Shown: positions 40,079 through 49,388 of the stretch, in pieces
Layout of the letters: the number at the start of each line of letters is the position of its first letter
Numbering within the stretch: the stretch's first letter is position 1
Source of the DNA: an uncultured delta proteobacterium
GTDB lineage: Bacteria; Myxococcota; Myxococcia; Myxococcales; Myxococcaceae
Assembly: GCA_963771175.1 (NCBI GenBank)
Contig: CAVYSY010000022.1
Span: forward strand, 64,001 to 128,000
Length of the DNA stretch: 64,000 nucleotides
Direction: 5' to 3'
The notes under the pieces: model-generated
Told to the model about the DNA's origin: nothing
Database searches by the model: none
What the model saw: the letters and a program-made list of their open reading frames with translations, nothing else
Program-made: the position numbers and the translations under genes

Positions 40079-43000
40079 TCACAGACATGCCTGCTCCTGG
40101 GCGGAACCGACTGCTCGCAGGAGGTGCTCCCGCGCCGCCTCCGGCTGGTCCTGGCTCCAGGCCTCGAGCGCGTCCGTGAGGGTTCCCGCCAGCGTGTCTG
40201 TCAGCCGTTGTTGTCTTGGATCGAGCAGCGCCCGAGCGTGCTCCAGCGCCTCCTCCAGTGCCCCGCGGTGCAGGGCCATTGCCAAGAGGAGCCACAATCC
40301 CTGCCACTGGAGCGGGTAGGGGGAGAGCACCGCGAGCTTCCGCCAGCACTCCAGGGCGGCCCGGGCCTCCAGCTCGGCCTCGGTGAAGCGCTGCTCCTTC
40401 CAGGCCACCCAGGCGCGGTTGGCCCTGGCCGCGCCCACGTAGTCGTCCATGTGCGCGGCGGAGGCAGCCTCCAGGCTCCGCTCGCACCACGCCCGTGTCT
40501 CGGCCACCTGGCCGCGCTTGCGGTACACCAGGGTCAGGTCGGTGAGGAGGCGGGACTTCATCGTCAGGTCTCCCGTCCGCTCCGCCAGCCGCAGTCCGGC
40601 GAGGCCCTGCCGCTCCGCCTCGTCGAGGTCGCCGTGGTGCAGCAGGCCGAAGGCGTGGCAGAAGCGCGTCTGCGCTCGCAGGCCCACGTCACCGGACTCG
40701 TCGCTGGCCCGCACCGCCAGGCGCCCGTACTCCACCGTTTCGGAGGAGACCACGTAGCGCTCCTGCCGGAGGGCCGTGTTGAGGAGCAGCACGAAGAAGC
40801 AGGCGCGTTGCCTCGGGGTTCCGTGGGCCTCCACCACCGGGCGCACCTTTCGCACCAGCTCGGCCATCTCGTCGCACCGGTTCATCCAGTAGCAGGTCCA
40901 GTGACGGTCTACCTGGACCTGCACCCACTCGTGCCACCAGGCCGCCGCGGTCTCTTCCGGATGGGCTCCGGTCTGGTCGCGGGGCTCCGCGGGCGCTTCC
41001 CCCAGGGCCGCCTCCGCCTCGTCGTAGGCGCGCAGCGCGCCCTCGTGCCGGTGGTGCGTCTCCCAGGTCTTGCCCCGCTTGCGGTGCACGCGTGCCCGCC
41101 GGACCCGCGCGTCGGGCCGGAGCCGGAACAGGGCCTCGCCGTAGGCCGCGTGCGCCTCCTTCCTCTGGACGGTGAGCGCGAGCACGTCCCCGAGGCTCTC
41201 GTGCAGGCGGCACAGGCGCTCTCGCCAGTCGTCCGGTTCCTCCCGTCGTGCGCGCAGGTACTCGTCCGCCTCGGCGAGGGCCGCCCGGTAGAAGGCGATG
41301 GCCTCGCCATTGGCATGGGCGGACCGGGCATGGTCTCCCGCGAGGCCGAAGTAGTGGATCGCCCGCTCGGGGACCCGGGCCTTCGACCAGTGATGGGTCA
41401 GGGTCGGGTACGCGAGCGCGAAATCCAGCGCCCCCGCGGCGCGCCGCTCGATGGCCTCGGCCGCCCGGTGGTGCAGGCGTTGGCAGTGCTCGGGGGGGAT
41501 CCGTCCGTAGGAGAGCTCGCGCAGCTTGTCGTGGACGAAGCGGAGTTGCCCTCCCGAGGTCTCCTCGAGGATCTGCCGGACCCTCAGCGTCTCCAGTCCC
41601 TCGAGGGCCTGGGGGTCGTCCATCCCGGAGGTTTCCAGGAGGAGCTCGGCCTCGAACTCGCGTCCGAGGACGGCGGCGAGCTCCACCAGCGCCCGGGCCT
41701 GGGTGTCCAGGTCTCGCAATCGCAGGTGGATGAGCTCCGCGATGGAGCCGGGCAGGCCGAGGGAGTGCAGCGGATCCCGGGTCGCGGCCCGCTCATCCAA
41801 CCGCCACCGGCCGGTGCCATCCCGATGGAGCAGTCCCTCCGCGATGGCGGCCCGCAGGTACTCGGCGACGAAGAACGGGTTACCCTCGCACTGGTGGACC
41901 AATCCGTCGAAGTCCCGTGGCAGCGATTGTAGGGCGAGCATGCCGCAGGCCATCGACTGGATGCTCCGCGTGTCGAGCCTCCCCAGCTCCAGATGCAGGG
42001 CCTCGGGTGCGGACACCACCTCCCGCAGCGTCCCCTCCAACTCCTCGGGACGGTAGGTGCCCAGCAGCAGCACGCCCCGCTCGACCAGGTGCTCGTGCCG
42101 CAGCAGGCACAGGAAGCCCAGCGTCATCTCGTCCGCCCACTGGAGGTCGTCGATGATCAGCAGAAGGGGTTCCTCCTCGGCGAGGGCGAAGAGGACCTCC
42201 TGGAGGCTGGAGAAGATGCGCGCGCGCTCGGCTTCCTCGCTGGAGAGCGGAGTCGGCGCTGGCAGCTCCCGCTGGCCGGGCAGCTCGTCCAGGCGGGGCT
42301 CGTAGGGGACCAGCACCTTGCCCCGGGGTCCGAGCAGCCGAGCCGTCTCCTCCGCGCCCAAGTGCCGGCACCGATCCGCCACCGTGGTCAGCAGCGAACG
42401 GAAGGGGTGGAGGGGGGGCGCCTTCAGGCGGGCATCCACCCGGGTGCCCGAGATCCCGAGCGGGACGCACTCGCAGGTCACCACGGCCAGCTCACGGCCG
42501 AAGCTCTCGCGGGCCATCTCCAGTGCCAGGCGCGTCTTGCCCGTTCCACTGGCGCCGCCGACGAAGATCTTCCCGCCCCTGCCGAGCCCCAGTGCGTCGA
42601 GCCGGGCGCGGATCTCTCTCACGGCCTCGTCCCGGCCCGTGAAGAGCGGGCGGTAGAGGTAGGGCTGGGAGGGGGGGAGGTCCTCCGGCTCCTCGGCTTC
42701 CGGCTCCAGCTCCGAGAGGACCCGGGCCACGTCCTCGGCATAGCCCAGGCGATCCTGGGGATGCTTCTTGAGCAGCTCGAGGATGAGCCACTCCAGCCGT
42801 TCCGGGAGCTCCTCCCCGAGGAGCTCGGAGGGAGGGGGAGGTGGACTCCGGAGATGCCGGCGGCGGATGGCCTTGTCCGGACCGCCGACGAAGGGAGGAA
42901 GGCCGGTCACGCACTCGTAGAGGATGCAGCCGAGTGCGTAGAGATCGGCGCGGGCGTCCACGAAGTCACCGCGGATCTGCTCGGGCGCCATGTACAGCAG

Positions 43001-43663
43001 GGTGCCGTGCGTGTTGCCGTCCACCTGGAGTACCTCCCGGCCGCCCGCGCCCGCGAACGCCACCGCGCCCCCGAAGTCCCCGAGGACGACCGTTCCATTC
43101 TCGCGGATGAAGATGTTGCCGGGCTTGAGGTCGCGATGGACGAGGCCTCGGCCGTGCAGGTAGGCCAAGGGGGTGCACAGGCGCCGGAGCACCCTCAGCA
43201 GCGGGCGCGCGGGCAGGACGGGCGGGGCGCTGGGATCGCGCGAGTGGAACTCCTGCCCGTGGAGCTGTCCGGAGCCGTGCGTCTCCGAGGCACGGGTGGC
43301 CCGGGAGTCGAACTTCCAGTACCGGGCGATGAGCTGTTTGAGCGTATGGCCCTCGAGCAGCTCCATGGCGTACCAGGGGAGCCCGGCGGAGAACCCGTGC
43401 TCGACTATCCGGATGATCCCGGGGTGGTGGATCCGGCTGAGCGCCTGCACCTCGCGCCGGATGCTGGCGAGCGTGGAGGCGTGCGTGAGGCGGACCGTCT
43501 TCACGGCGAAGTACTCACCGGTCTCGCAGTGGCACCCCAGGTAGACGACCCCCATTCCGCCCTTCCCGAGGATGCCCTGGAGCTCGTACGGGCCCAGCGT
43601 CCGCGGTGTGGGCAGTTCGTGTTTGGATAGGGAGCGCTCCCCGTGCCTCTGTGCTTGTCCCAT
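40079..43663 (-). CDS. Ser/Thr protein kinase fused to AAA (STAND-like) ATPase and TPR region
   Basis: LGKGGMGVV, AVK, HRDLKPGN, DFG, YMAPE; GASGTGKT (Walker A), LIIDDLQWAD (Walker B), EGNPFF; helical C-terminus. Confidence 0.92.
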   Translation of the reverse strand: MGQAQRHGERSLSKHELPTPRTLGPYELQGILGKGGMGVVYLGCHCETGEYFAVKTVRLTHASTLASIRREVQALSRIHHPGIIRIVEHGFSAGLPWYAMELLEGHTLKQLIARYWKFDSRATRASETHGSGQLHGQEFHSRDPSAPPVLPARPLLRVLRRLCTPLAYLHGRGLVHRDLKPGNIFIRENGTVVLGDFGGAVAFAGAGGREVLQVDGNTHGTLLYMAPEQIRGDFVDARADLYALGCILYECVTGLPPFVGGPDKAIRRRHLRSPPPPPSELLGEELPERLEWLILELLKKHPQDRLGYAEDVARVLSELEPEAEEPEDLPPSQPYLYRPLFTGRDEAVREIRARLDALGLGRGGKIFVGGASGTGKTRLALEMARESFGRELAVVTCECVPLGISGTRVDARLKAPPLHPFRSLLTTVADRCRHLGAEETARLLGPRGKVLVPYEPRLDELPGQRELPAPTPLSSEEAERARIFSSLQEVLFALAEEEPLLLIIDDLQWADEMTLGFLCLLRHEHLVERGVLLLGTYRPEELEGTLREVVSAPEALHLELGRLDTRSIQSMACGMLALQSLPRDFDGLVHQCEGNPFFVAEYLRAAIAEGLLHRDGTGRWRLDERAATRDPLHSLGLPGSIAELIHLRLRDLDTQARALVELAAVLGREFEAELLLETSGMDDPQALEGLETLRVRQILEETSGGQLRFVHDKLRELSYGRIPPEHCQRLHHRAAEAIERRAAGALDFALAYPTLTHHWSKARVPERAIHYFGLAGDHARSAHANGEAIAFYRAALAEADEYLRARREEPDDWRERLCRLHESLGDVLALTVQRKEAHAAYGEALFRLRPDARVRRARVHRKRGKTWETHHRHEGALRAYDEAEAALGEAPAEPRDQTGAHPEETAAAWWHEWVQVQVDRHWTCYWMNRCDEMAELVRKVRPVVEAHGTPRQRACFFVLLLNTALRQERYVVSSETVEYGRLAVRASDESGDVGLRAQTRFCHAFGLLHHGDLDEAERQGLAGLRLAERTGDLTMKSRLLTDLTLVYRKRGQVAETRAWCERSLEAASAAHMDDYVGAARANRAWVAWKEQRFTEAELEARAALECWRKLAVLSPYPLQWQGLWLLLAMALHRGALEEALEHARALLDPRQQRLTDTLAGTLTDALEAWSQDQPEAAREHLLRAVGSAQEQACL

Positions 43664-43872
43664 TCAATCCCCCAAAGGCGTGCGTCGGCTGTGCTCTCTC
43701 TGGGAGATGGAGAGAGGGACCCGTTCTGTGATGGAAAAGGCCGCTCCGACGCCTGGGGGAGCCCCTCGCGATCCTCCGAGGCAGGGACTCCGAGGCAGGG
43801 ACTCAAAGGACCGGATGTGACATGAAGCAGGGCCTTCCCGTGAGGCCCGGAAGGGTGTAGGCCGCTGCCCGT

Positions 43873-44691
43873 ATGGTTGCCCCCCGCCCCTTGCGTGACG
43901 CGGACCTCTCCCGGGTGGAGGGGGTCTTCACTGACGTCGACGGTACCCTCACCACCTCGCACCGACTGCGCTCCACCACGGTGCGGGCGCTCGAGCGCCT
44001 GGCGGATGCCGGCCTCAAGCTGGTGCTGGTGACCGGCCGCCCGGCGGGTTGGGGTGAGGCGTGGGCGCGCACGCTGCCGGTGGACGGGGTCATCGTGGAG
44101 AACGGCGGCCTGTTCTTCCTGCGGGGGCCCGGCGGCAAGTTGCGGAAGGTGTATGCGGAGTCCCCACGCGTCCGGGAATCGAACCGGCGGCGCCTGGTGG
44201 CCGAGGTGACGGACGTGCTGCGGCAGGTACCGGGAGCGCGCCTGTCCATGGACAGCGCCTACACCGAGGTGGACCTGGCCGTGGACTACAACGAGGAGGC
44301 GCGGCTGGGCGAGGCGGGGGCCGGGCGCATCGAGGCGCTGCTGCGGGCGCGCGGGGTGACGGCGGTGCGCTCCTCGGTGCACGTCAACTGCTGGCTCGGT
44401 CGCTTCGACAAGCGCTCCGCGGTGCGCCGTTTCATGAAGCTCGCCTGGGGCCTGCGGTCGGAGCCGGGGGAGCCGCGTTTCGTGTACGTCGGGGATAGTT
44501 TCAACGATGCCCCGATGTTTGAAGAGTTCGCCCTGAGTATCGGGGTGGCCAACGTGCGGCGGGTGCTGGATCGCATCGACACGCCGCCGGCCTTCATCAC
44601 CCGGGCGGAGGAGGGGCGGGGCTTCGAGGAGCTCGCCCGTGTCCTTCTCGCCCAGCGGGGCCGCAAGGCCCCACGAGGAGTCAGAGCGTGA
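43873..44691 (+). CDS. HAD-IIB family hydrolase
   Basis: TDVDGTL, VTGRP, IVENGG, YVGDSFNDAPMF. Confidence 0.9.
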   Translation: MVAPRPLRDADLSRVEGVFTDVDGTLTTSHRLRSTTVRALERLADAGLKLVLVTGRPAGWGEAWARTLPVDGVIVENGGLFFLRGPGGKLRKVYAESPRVRESNRRRLVAEVTDVLRQVPGARLSMDSAYTEVDLAVDYNEEARLGEAGAGRIEALLRARGVTAVRSSVHVNCWLGRFDKRSAVRRFMKLAWGLRSEPGEPRFVYVGDSFNDAPMFEEFALSIGVANVRRVLDRIDTPPAFITRAEEGRGFEELARVLLAQRGRKAPRGVRA

Positions 44692-45884
44692 ATGTCGTGA
44701 AGTTGGAGTTGGCCCCGGGGTTGGGCCGTCACCTGCGCGCGGGGCACCCGTGGGTCTTCCGCAAGGCGCTGGAGAAGGTGCCGAAGATTCCCCCTGGCAG
44801 CGTGGTGGACCTGGCCGAGAACGGGAAGTTCGTGGCGCGCGGGTATTTCGATCCGCACTCGGCCATCGCGGTGCGCGTGTTGACGCGCAACCCGCGGCAG
44901 AACATCGATGCGGCCTTTTTCGCGCAGCGGGTGCGGCAGGCGCTGGCCGAGCGGCGCTCGCTCATCGACCTGACGGACACGGACAGCTTCCGGCTGATCC
45001 ATGGCGAGGGCGACGGGTTGCCGGGCGTGGTGGTGGACCTCTATGGCCGGTACGCGGTGATGAAGCTGTACTCGGCGGGGCTCACGCCGTACCGCGGGCT
45101 CATCGTCGAGGCGCTGAAGGCGGCGGTGCCGGAGCTGCAGGGCATCCTCGGCCGGGACGAGGTGGGCCGGGACGACGCCGAGGATGACGAGGGCCGGGGC
45201 TCGGGGAAGATGCTGTGGGGTCAGCAGGCACCGGAGGTGCTGGAGATCCTCGAGCGCGGCGCGAAGTTCGGGGTGGACGCGTGGCGCGGGCAGAAGACGG
45301 GCTTCTTCCTGGACCAGCGGGAGAACCGGTACCTCATCCGGCGGCTGGCGCGGGGGCGGGACGTGCTGAACTGCTTCTGCTTCAGCGGCGGGTTCTCGGT
45401 GAACGCGGCGCTGGGTGGGGCCAAGAGCGTGTTCTCGGTGGACCTGGATCCGGATGCGATCGCCCTGGCGCGCGAGAACTTCACGCGCAACGGGCTGCCG
45501 GCGGAGAAGTACGACTTCCTGGCGGCGGACGTGTTCAAGCTGCTGGCGTCCTTCCGCGAGGAGGGGAGGACGTTCGATCTGATCATCCTGGACCCGCCGG
45601 CGTTCGCGAAGAGCCAGCGGGCGGTGCAGGCGGCGATTGACGGGTACGCCTCGCTGAACCGTCAGGCGCTGGGGCTGCTGCGGCCCGGGGGCCTGCTGGC
45701 GACGGCGTCGTGCTCGGCGCGCGTGGGCCCCAATGACTTCCTGGGCGCGGTGAAGGAGGCGGCCTTCAAGGCGGGCGTGGACCTCGCGCTGGTGGAGGAG
45801 CGCTACCAGCCGCCGGATCATCCGATCCGGCTCCAGTTCCCCGAGGGCAAGTACCTGAAGTTCTACGTGCTGGCGTCGGTGTAG
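44688..45884 (+). CDS. rlmI: Class I SAM-dependent rRNA methyltransferase (RlmI family)
   Basis: GHPWVF, EGDGLPGVVVD, GQKTGFFLDQRENR, ILDPPAFAK, YLKF. Confidence 0.85.
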   Translation: MNVVKLELAPGLGRHLRAGHPWVFRKALEKVPKIPPGSVVDLAENGKFVARGYFDPHSAIAVRVLTRNPRQNIDAAFFAQRVRQALAERRSLIDLTDTDSFRLIHGEGDGLPGVVVDLYGRYAVMKLYSAGLTPYRGLIVEALKAAVPELQGILGRDEVGRDDAEDDEGRGSGKMLWGQQAPEVLEILERGAKFGVDAWRGQKTGFFLDQRENRYLIRRLARGRDVLNCFCFSGGFSVNAALGGAKSVFSVDLDPDAIALARENFTRNGLPAEKYDFLAADVFKLLASFREEGRTFDLIILDPPAFAKSQRAVQAAIDGYASLNRQALGLLRPGGLLATASCSARVGPNDFLGAVKEAAFKAGVDLALVEERYQPPDHPIRLQFPEGKYLKFYVLASV

Positions 45885-45892
45885 CGCGCCGC

Positions 45893-46693
45893 TCACAGCT
45901 CGACGCGGTACACCTCGCGAGACGGGTCGACGACGGAGGGCACGTGTCGGATGCGGAGGCGCTCATCGGCGGAGAGACCGATGGTGTCCCCGTCCTTCAG
46001 CACGGGCCCGTGGTCCAGCAGGTAGTGGGTGAAGTTGAAGGCCCGGTCCACCAGCGTCGCCGCCTTCTCGCGGGACGCCACCACCTCCATCTCCATGAAG
46101 CCGAACGCCTTCATGCCCGAGGTGGCGAGGGTGAAGGTGCCGTCGGGGTTGCGCGTGAGGTGGAAGGCCAGCCACAGGTAGAGGGGCAGCCGCTCGCGAG
46201 AGGTCCGCTTCGCCTCCTCGACGAAGTCGTCCGGCGCGTTCACCACCGGGCCCTCGCCCCAGTACACGCCAGCGGCCTCGGTCGTGGCGGCCACCGCGGC
46301 GACCACCCGGGTGAGCAGGAGCCTCGTCGCGATGCGATCCTGCTCCGGTGCCAGCACGGCGACGAGCACATGCGCCTGGTGTGCTCTGAGCCGCTCGACC
46401 GCCTCGGGCCAGTGCCAGGCGGCGCGGGCCGGGCGCTCCAGGTCTCCCCACGGAATGGGCCCGCGCACCAGCGTGAGGGTGACGACGGCGCCGTCCAGCT
46501 CGAAGCTCAGCGTGTCCCCCTCCTGCTGGACCTCTTTCGCGCGGGGCAGTTCCTTCCAGTTGTCCTGGAGGAAGGCCAGCAGGACGCCCTCGGGCAGGGC
46601 TCTCGCCCGGTCGAGCGCGACCATCGCCAGACCCAGGTCGCGCCGCGGCTTCGGCGCGTCCACTTCCACTCGCTTCTTTCGGAAGAAACCCAT
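45893..46693 (-). CDS. DUF4261 domain protein
   Basis: HQAHVLV, GVYWG, TSGMKAFGFMEME, YLLDHGPVLKDGDTIG. Confidence 0.75.
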   Translation of the reverse strand: MGFFRKKRVEVDAPKPRRDLGLAMVALDRARALPEGVLLAFLQDNWKELPRAKEVQQEGDTLSFELDGAVVTLTLVRGPIPWGDLERPARAAWHWPEAVERLRAHQAHVLVAVLAPEQDRIATRLLLTRVVAAVAATTEAAGVYWGEGPVVNAPDDFVEEAKRTSRERLPLYLWLAFHLTRNPDGTFTLATSGMKAFGFMEMEVVASREKAATLVDRAFNFTHYLLDHGPVLKDGDTIGLSADERLRIRHVPSVVDPSREVYRVEL

Positions 46694-46722
46694 CTGTTCT
46701 GGCGGGGCTCTCGCGTCTGGCG

Positions 46723-47142
46723 TCAGCGCTGGAACACGCGCGAGGCCACGCGGTCCATCACCTCGTCACTCCACACGAGGCTGGCCTGGGTGAGGCGCGT
46801 CATGTCTTCCCGGAAGGCCGCGTCCGCCGGCGGCGTGGAGTAGAGGCGGCTCAGGAAGAGGCTCTTGTTCTCGGGCTCGTAGTCCACCGCGCCACCGCCG
46901 GCGTCCGTGCCGGCCTTCTCCTCGGCGCGGAAGCCCTCGATCACGCCGGGCTTGGGCGCATCCCGGAACTTGTAGATGAGGGCGCTCGCCTCCAGCGCCT
47001 GCGTGTCGGAGCGGTACTCGAAATAGAGCTGGGCCTGGCCGAGCACCGCGCCTCCGAACCCCTGCGGGTTGAGGCCCTCGCTCGGCTGTCCGACGGACTG
47101 CATGAACACCTGCACCAGTCGCTGCGCTTCGTCGCGGGTCAT
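46723..47142 (-). CDS. Type III secretion chaperone-like (CesT/YbjN fold) protein
   Basis: Small acidic 139 aa protein with C-terminal amphipathic helix ending in W; LYFEY…LFLSR pattern. Confidence 0.55.
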   Translation of the reverse strand: MTRDEAQRLVQVFMQSVGQPSEGLNPQGFGGAVLGQAQLYFEYRSDTQALEASALIYKFRDAPKPGVIEGFRAEEKAGTDAGGGAVDYEPENKSLFLSRLYSTPPADAAFREDMTRLTQASLVWSDEVMDRVASRVFQR

Positions 47143-47379
47143 GGGTCCTCCGCCTCCAGGAGGCGTTGAATTCTTCCGGATGGACGTTAGCAGCAGCCCG
47201 CCCGGCGTCGCGAGGAATGAGGCCCCTCGTGTGCGGAGGGCCGGTGCGAGTGGCCCGCCGGCTCATGGGGAGACCGGGAGGGGGCGCGCTCCGGGATGAC
47301 CGCGTGGGTGGGGCCGGGCGGCCTCATGTCAGGGGTGGGTAGTAGGAAGGGAGGCGGGAAGGCGGGGAGGGGAAGGGCG

Positions 47380-47757
47380 ATGGAGCGGAAGGCGTGGGAG
47401 AACCTGGCGGCGGCACGTGTGCTTCTGGACGATGAGGACCCATGTCCCAACGCGGCGGCCTCGCGGGCCTACTATGCGGCCTACCATGCGTGCTGGTACG
47501 CACTGAACGCATTGGGTATCCCTACTCCAGAAGTCAGGCCCGGTGTATATTACTTCTTGCATGACCCCTTGCCCTATGAGGCACGCAGGAGCGGGGTGCT
47601 CGGAGACGGGGCGAGTCAGGAGCTGTTTGACCTGCTCGAACTGCGGGTCGCCGCAGACTATCTGGAGGAAGACGTGACGGTCGAAGAAGCGAGGGAGGCG
47701 CTGGAGGCTGCTGCGGCCATCGTCCGGCATGTGCTCGGGGAGGAGCCGATATGGTGA
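47380..47757 (+). CDS. HEPN domain protein
   Basis: AWENLAAA, AASRAYYAAYHA, RVAADY (R-x4-Y class). Confidence 0.85.
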   Translation: MERKAWENLAAARVLLDDEDPCPNAAASRAYYAAYHACWYALNALGIPTPEVRPGVYYFLHDPLPYEARRSGVLGDGASQELFDLLELRVAADYLEEDVTVEEAREALEAAAAIVRHVLGEEPIW

Positions 47758-48059
47758 ACGAGCGTGAAGAGATCCGCCGGCAGGTGAGGGAAATCGTCGG
47801 GAACCATCGTGTCGTGAGGTGGACGGAGCCCCGGATCACGAAGGGCGACTTCCCAGGCCGGGACTGGGCCCTGCATATCTTCGACGTACCCTCCGCCGAG
47901 AGGCGAGAGCTCATCCACCGTCTCTGGGGGATGCTGACGAAGCTCTGGGAGGAGAAGCATGTGGCACTCTCCATCCTCTTCCACACCCCCGAGAACACGG
48001 ATCGCTATTACTCCTGGGTCCGCGAGGAGCACGCGGCGGAACTGGCTGGAGCGACCTGA
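47751..48059 (+). CDS. Small hypothetical protein coupled to the HEPN gene
   Basis: Overlaps the HEPN stop, GAGGAG RBS, 102 aa. Confidence 0.7.
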   Translation: MVNEREEIRRQVREIVGNHRVVRWTEPRITKGDFPGRDWALHIFDVPSAERRELIHRLWGMLTKLWEEKHVALSILFHTPENTDRYYSWVREEHAAELAGAT

Positions 48060-48060
48060 C

Positions 48061-48576
48061 ATGCGCTACCTGGGAATCGTCGCGGTGCTCACCGTGCTCG
48101 CCGGCTGTGGTGGCGAGGAGATCCGTCACTACCGCGTGGTGGTGGACCCCGCGCCCCTGTCGGCGCTCCCGGGCTCCTGCTACCGCGGCGGCACGCCCCC
48201 ATCCCAACGGGTGGAGGATCGCAACCTCTTCCGGGACTTTCAGTGGACCGTCTGGGAGGCCGGGAGCGGCGGTCGGGCCTACCTGGAGCTGGACTCGCCC
48301 GAGGGGGGCTGGCGGCTCGGTGATGCCCCGCCCGTGACGCTCTCGGGAGCCATCGTGGGGGACGGGGAGTCCTTCTCTGCCGAGCGGGTGGTGGCGACGA
48401 CCGACGGCCAGGTGCTGGAGTCCACGGCCATCCGCATCCTCTTCGAGGACCGGGACACCATCTCCAAAGGGGTGGTGGAGCTCGCGTCGCGCTGCGCCTC
48501 GTGCGCGGGGGGCAGCGCCCTGGCCTGCGAGACCCGGCTGTCGTTCACAGCCCGGGAAGAAGTGCTCCAGGAGTGA
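48061..48576 (+). CDS. Hypothetical lipoprotein
   Basis: MRYLGIVAVLTVLAGC lipobox. Confidence 0.75.
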   Translation: MRYLGIVAVLTVLAGCGGEEIRHYRVVVDPAPLSALPGSCYRGGTPPSQRVEDRNLFRDFQWTVWEAGSGGRAYLELDSPEGGWRLGDAPPVTLSGAIVGDGESFSAERVVATTDGQVLESTAIRILFEDRDTISKGVVELASRCASCAGGSALACETRLSFTAREEVLQE

Positions 48577-48615
48577 AGCATGCGGACACGCTCCGCGTTA
48601 ATCTCCCCGCCCTCT

Positions 48616-49248
48616 ATGGTCCTCAAAGGTCAGTTCCTCGAGCGCTCCACGCTCATCCCCGTGGACAGCGACGTCATGGAAGGCGTGGCGCACCGGGGCG
48701 ACGAGCGTCCCCCGCTGCTCGTCCTCCCGCCCCGGCCCGAGGACGGGGGAGGCATGGACCACGTCATTGGTGCCGAGCTGGCCTTCGCCGCGGCCTCGGC
48801 GGGCCACCCCACGCTGCGCTTCAACTACCGGGGCGTGGGTGGGAGCCAGGGCGAGCGGGGCTCGGGAGCGGCGCTGGTGCAGGAGGCCGAGGCCGCGCTG
48901 GGCGTGGTGCTGGAGAATGCCCATCATCCCGCGGCGGCGGTGGCCGCGCTCCACGGAAGTGCCCGGGTCGCCCTCGAGCTCCGGGCGCGCCATCCCGAGG
49001 TGGCCGCCGTGTGTCTGGTGAGCCCTCGTGGGGTGACGGCCGGGGAGCTGGCGGGGCTCGGGCGAGGGCTGCTGGTGGTGGTGGGCGAGCTGGACTCCAC
49101 CCTGTCCCGGGCGGAGCTGGCCGAGGCGGTCGACCAGGCGGGCGGCACCTTGTACGTGGTGGAAGGCGCCGGATCCCATTTCCACCATGCGCTTCCCCTG
49201 GTGGGAAAAGCCGTGCGCACCTGGCTGAAGATGCTATCCGGCAAGTGA
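48616..49248 (+). CDS. Alpha/beta hydrolase-like protein
   Basis: GGGMDH, TLRFNYRGVGGSQG, VVVGELD, GSHF. Confidence 0.75.
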   Translation: MVLKGQFLERSTLIPVDSDVMEGVAHRGDERPPLLVLPPRPEDGGGMDHVIGAELAFAAASAGHPTLRFNYRGVGGSQGERGSGAALVQEAEAALGVVLENAHHPAAAVAALHGSARVALELRARHPEVAAVCLVSPRGVTAGELAGLGRGLLVVVGELDSTLSRAELAEAVDQAGGTLYVVEGAGSHFHHALPLVGKAVRTWLKMLSGK

Positions 49249-49388
49249 CCGATGTCGCGTAACCTATTGAATTAACGAAGATTCCTCGTCCTGGGGGGAA
49301 CTTGTCCACCGGGAGGGGTGTCGACCAGACTCGATTCAGACCCAATCGTTCCGCCGTTCGTTCGTATGGGTCGTCATAAGGAGCACCC

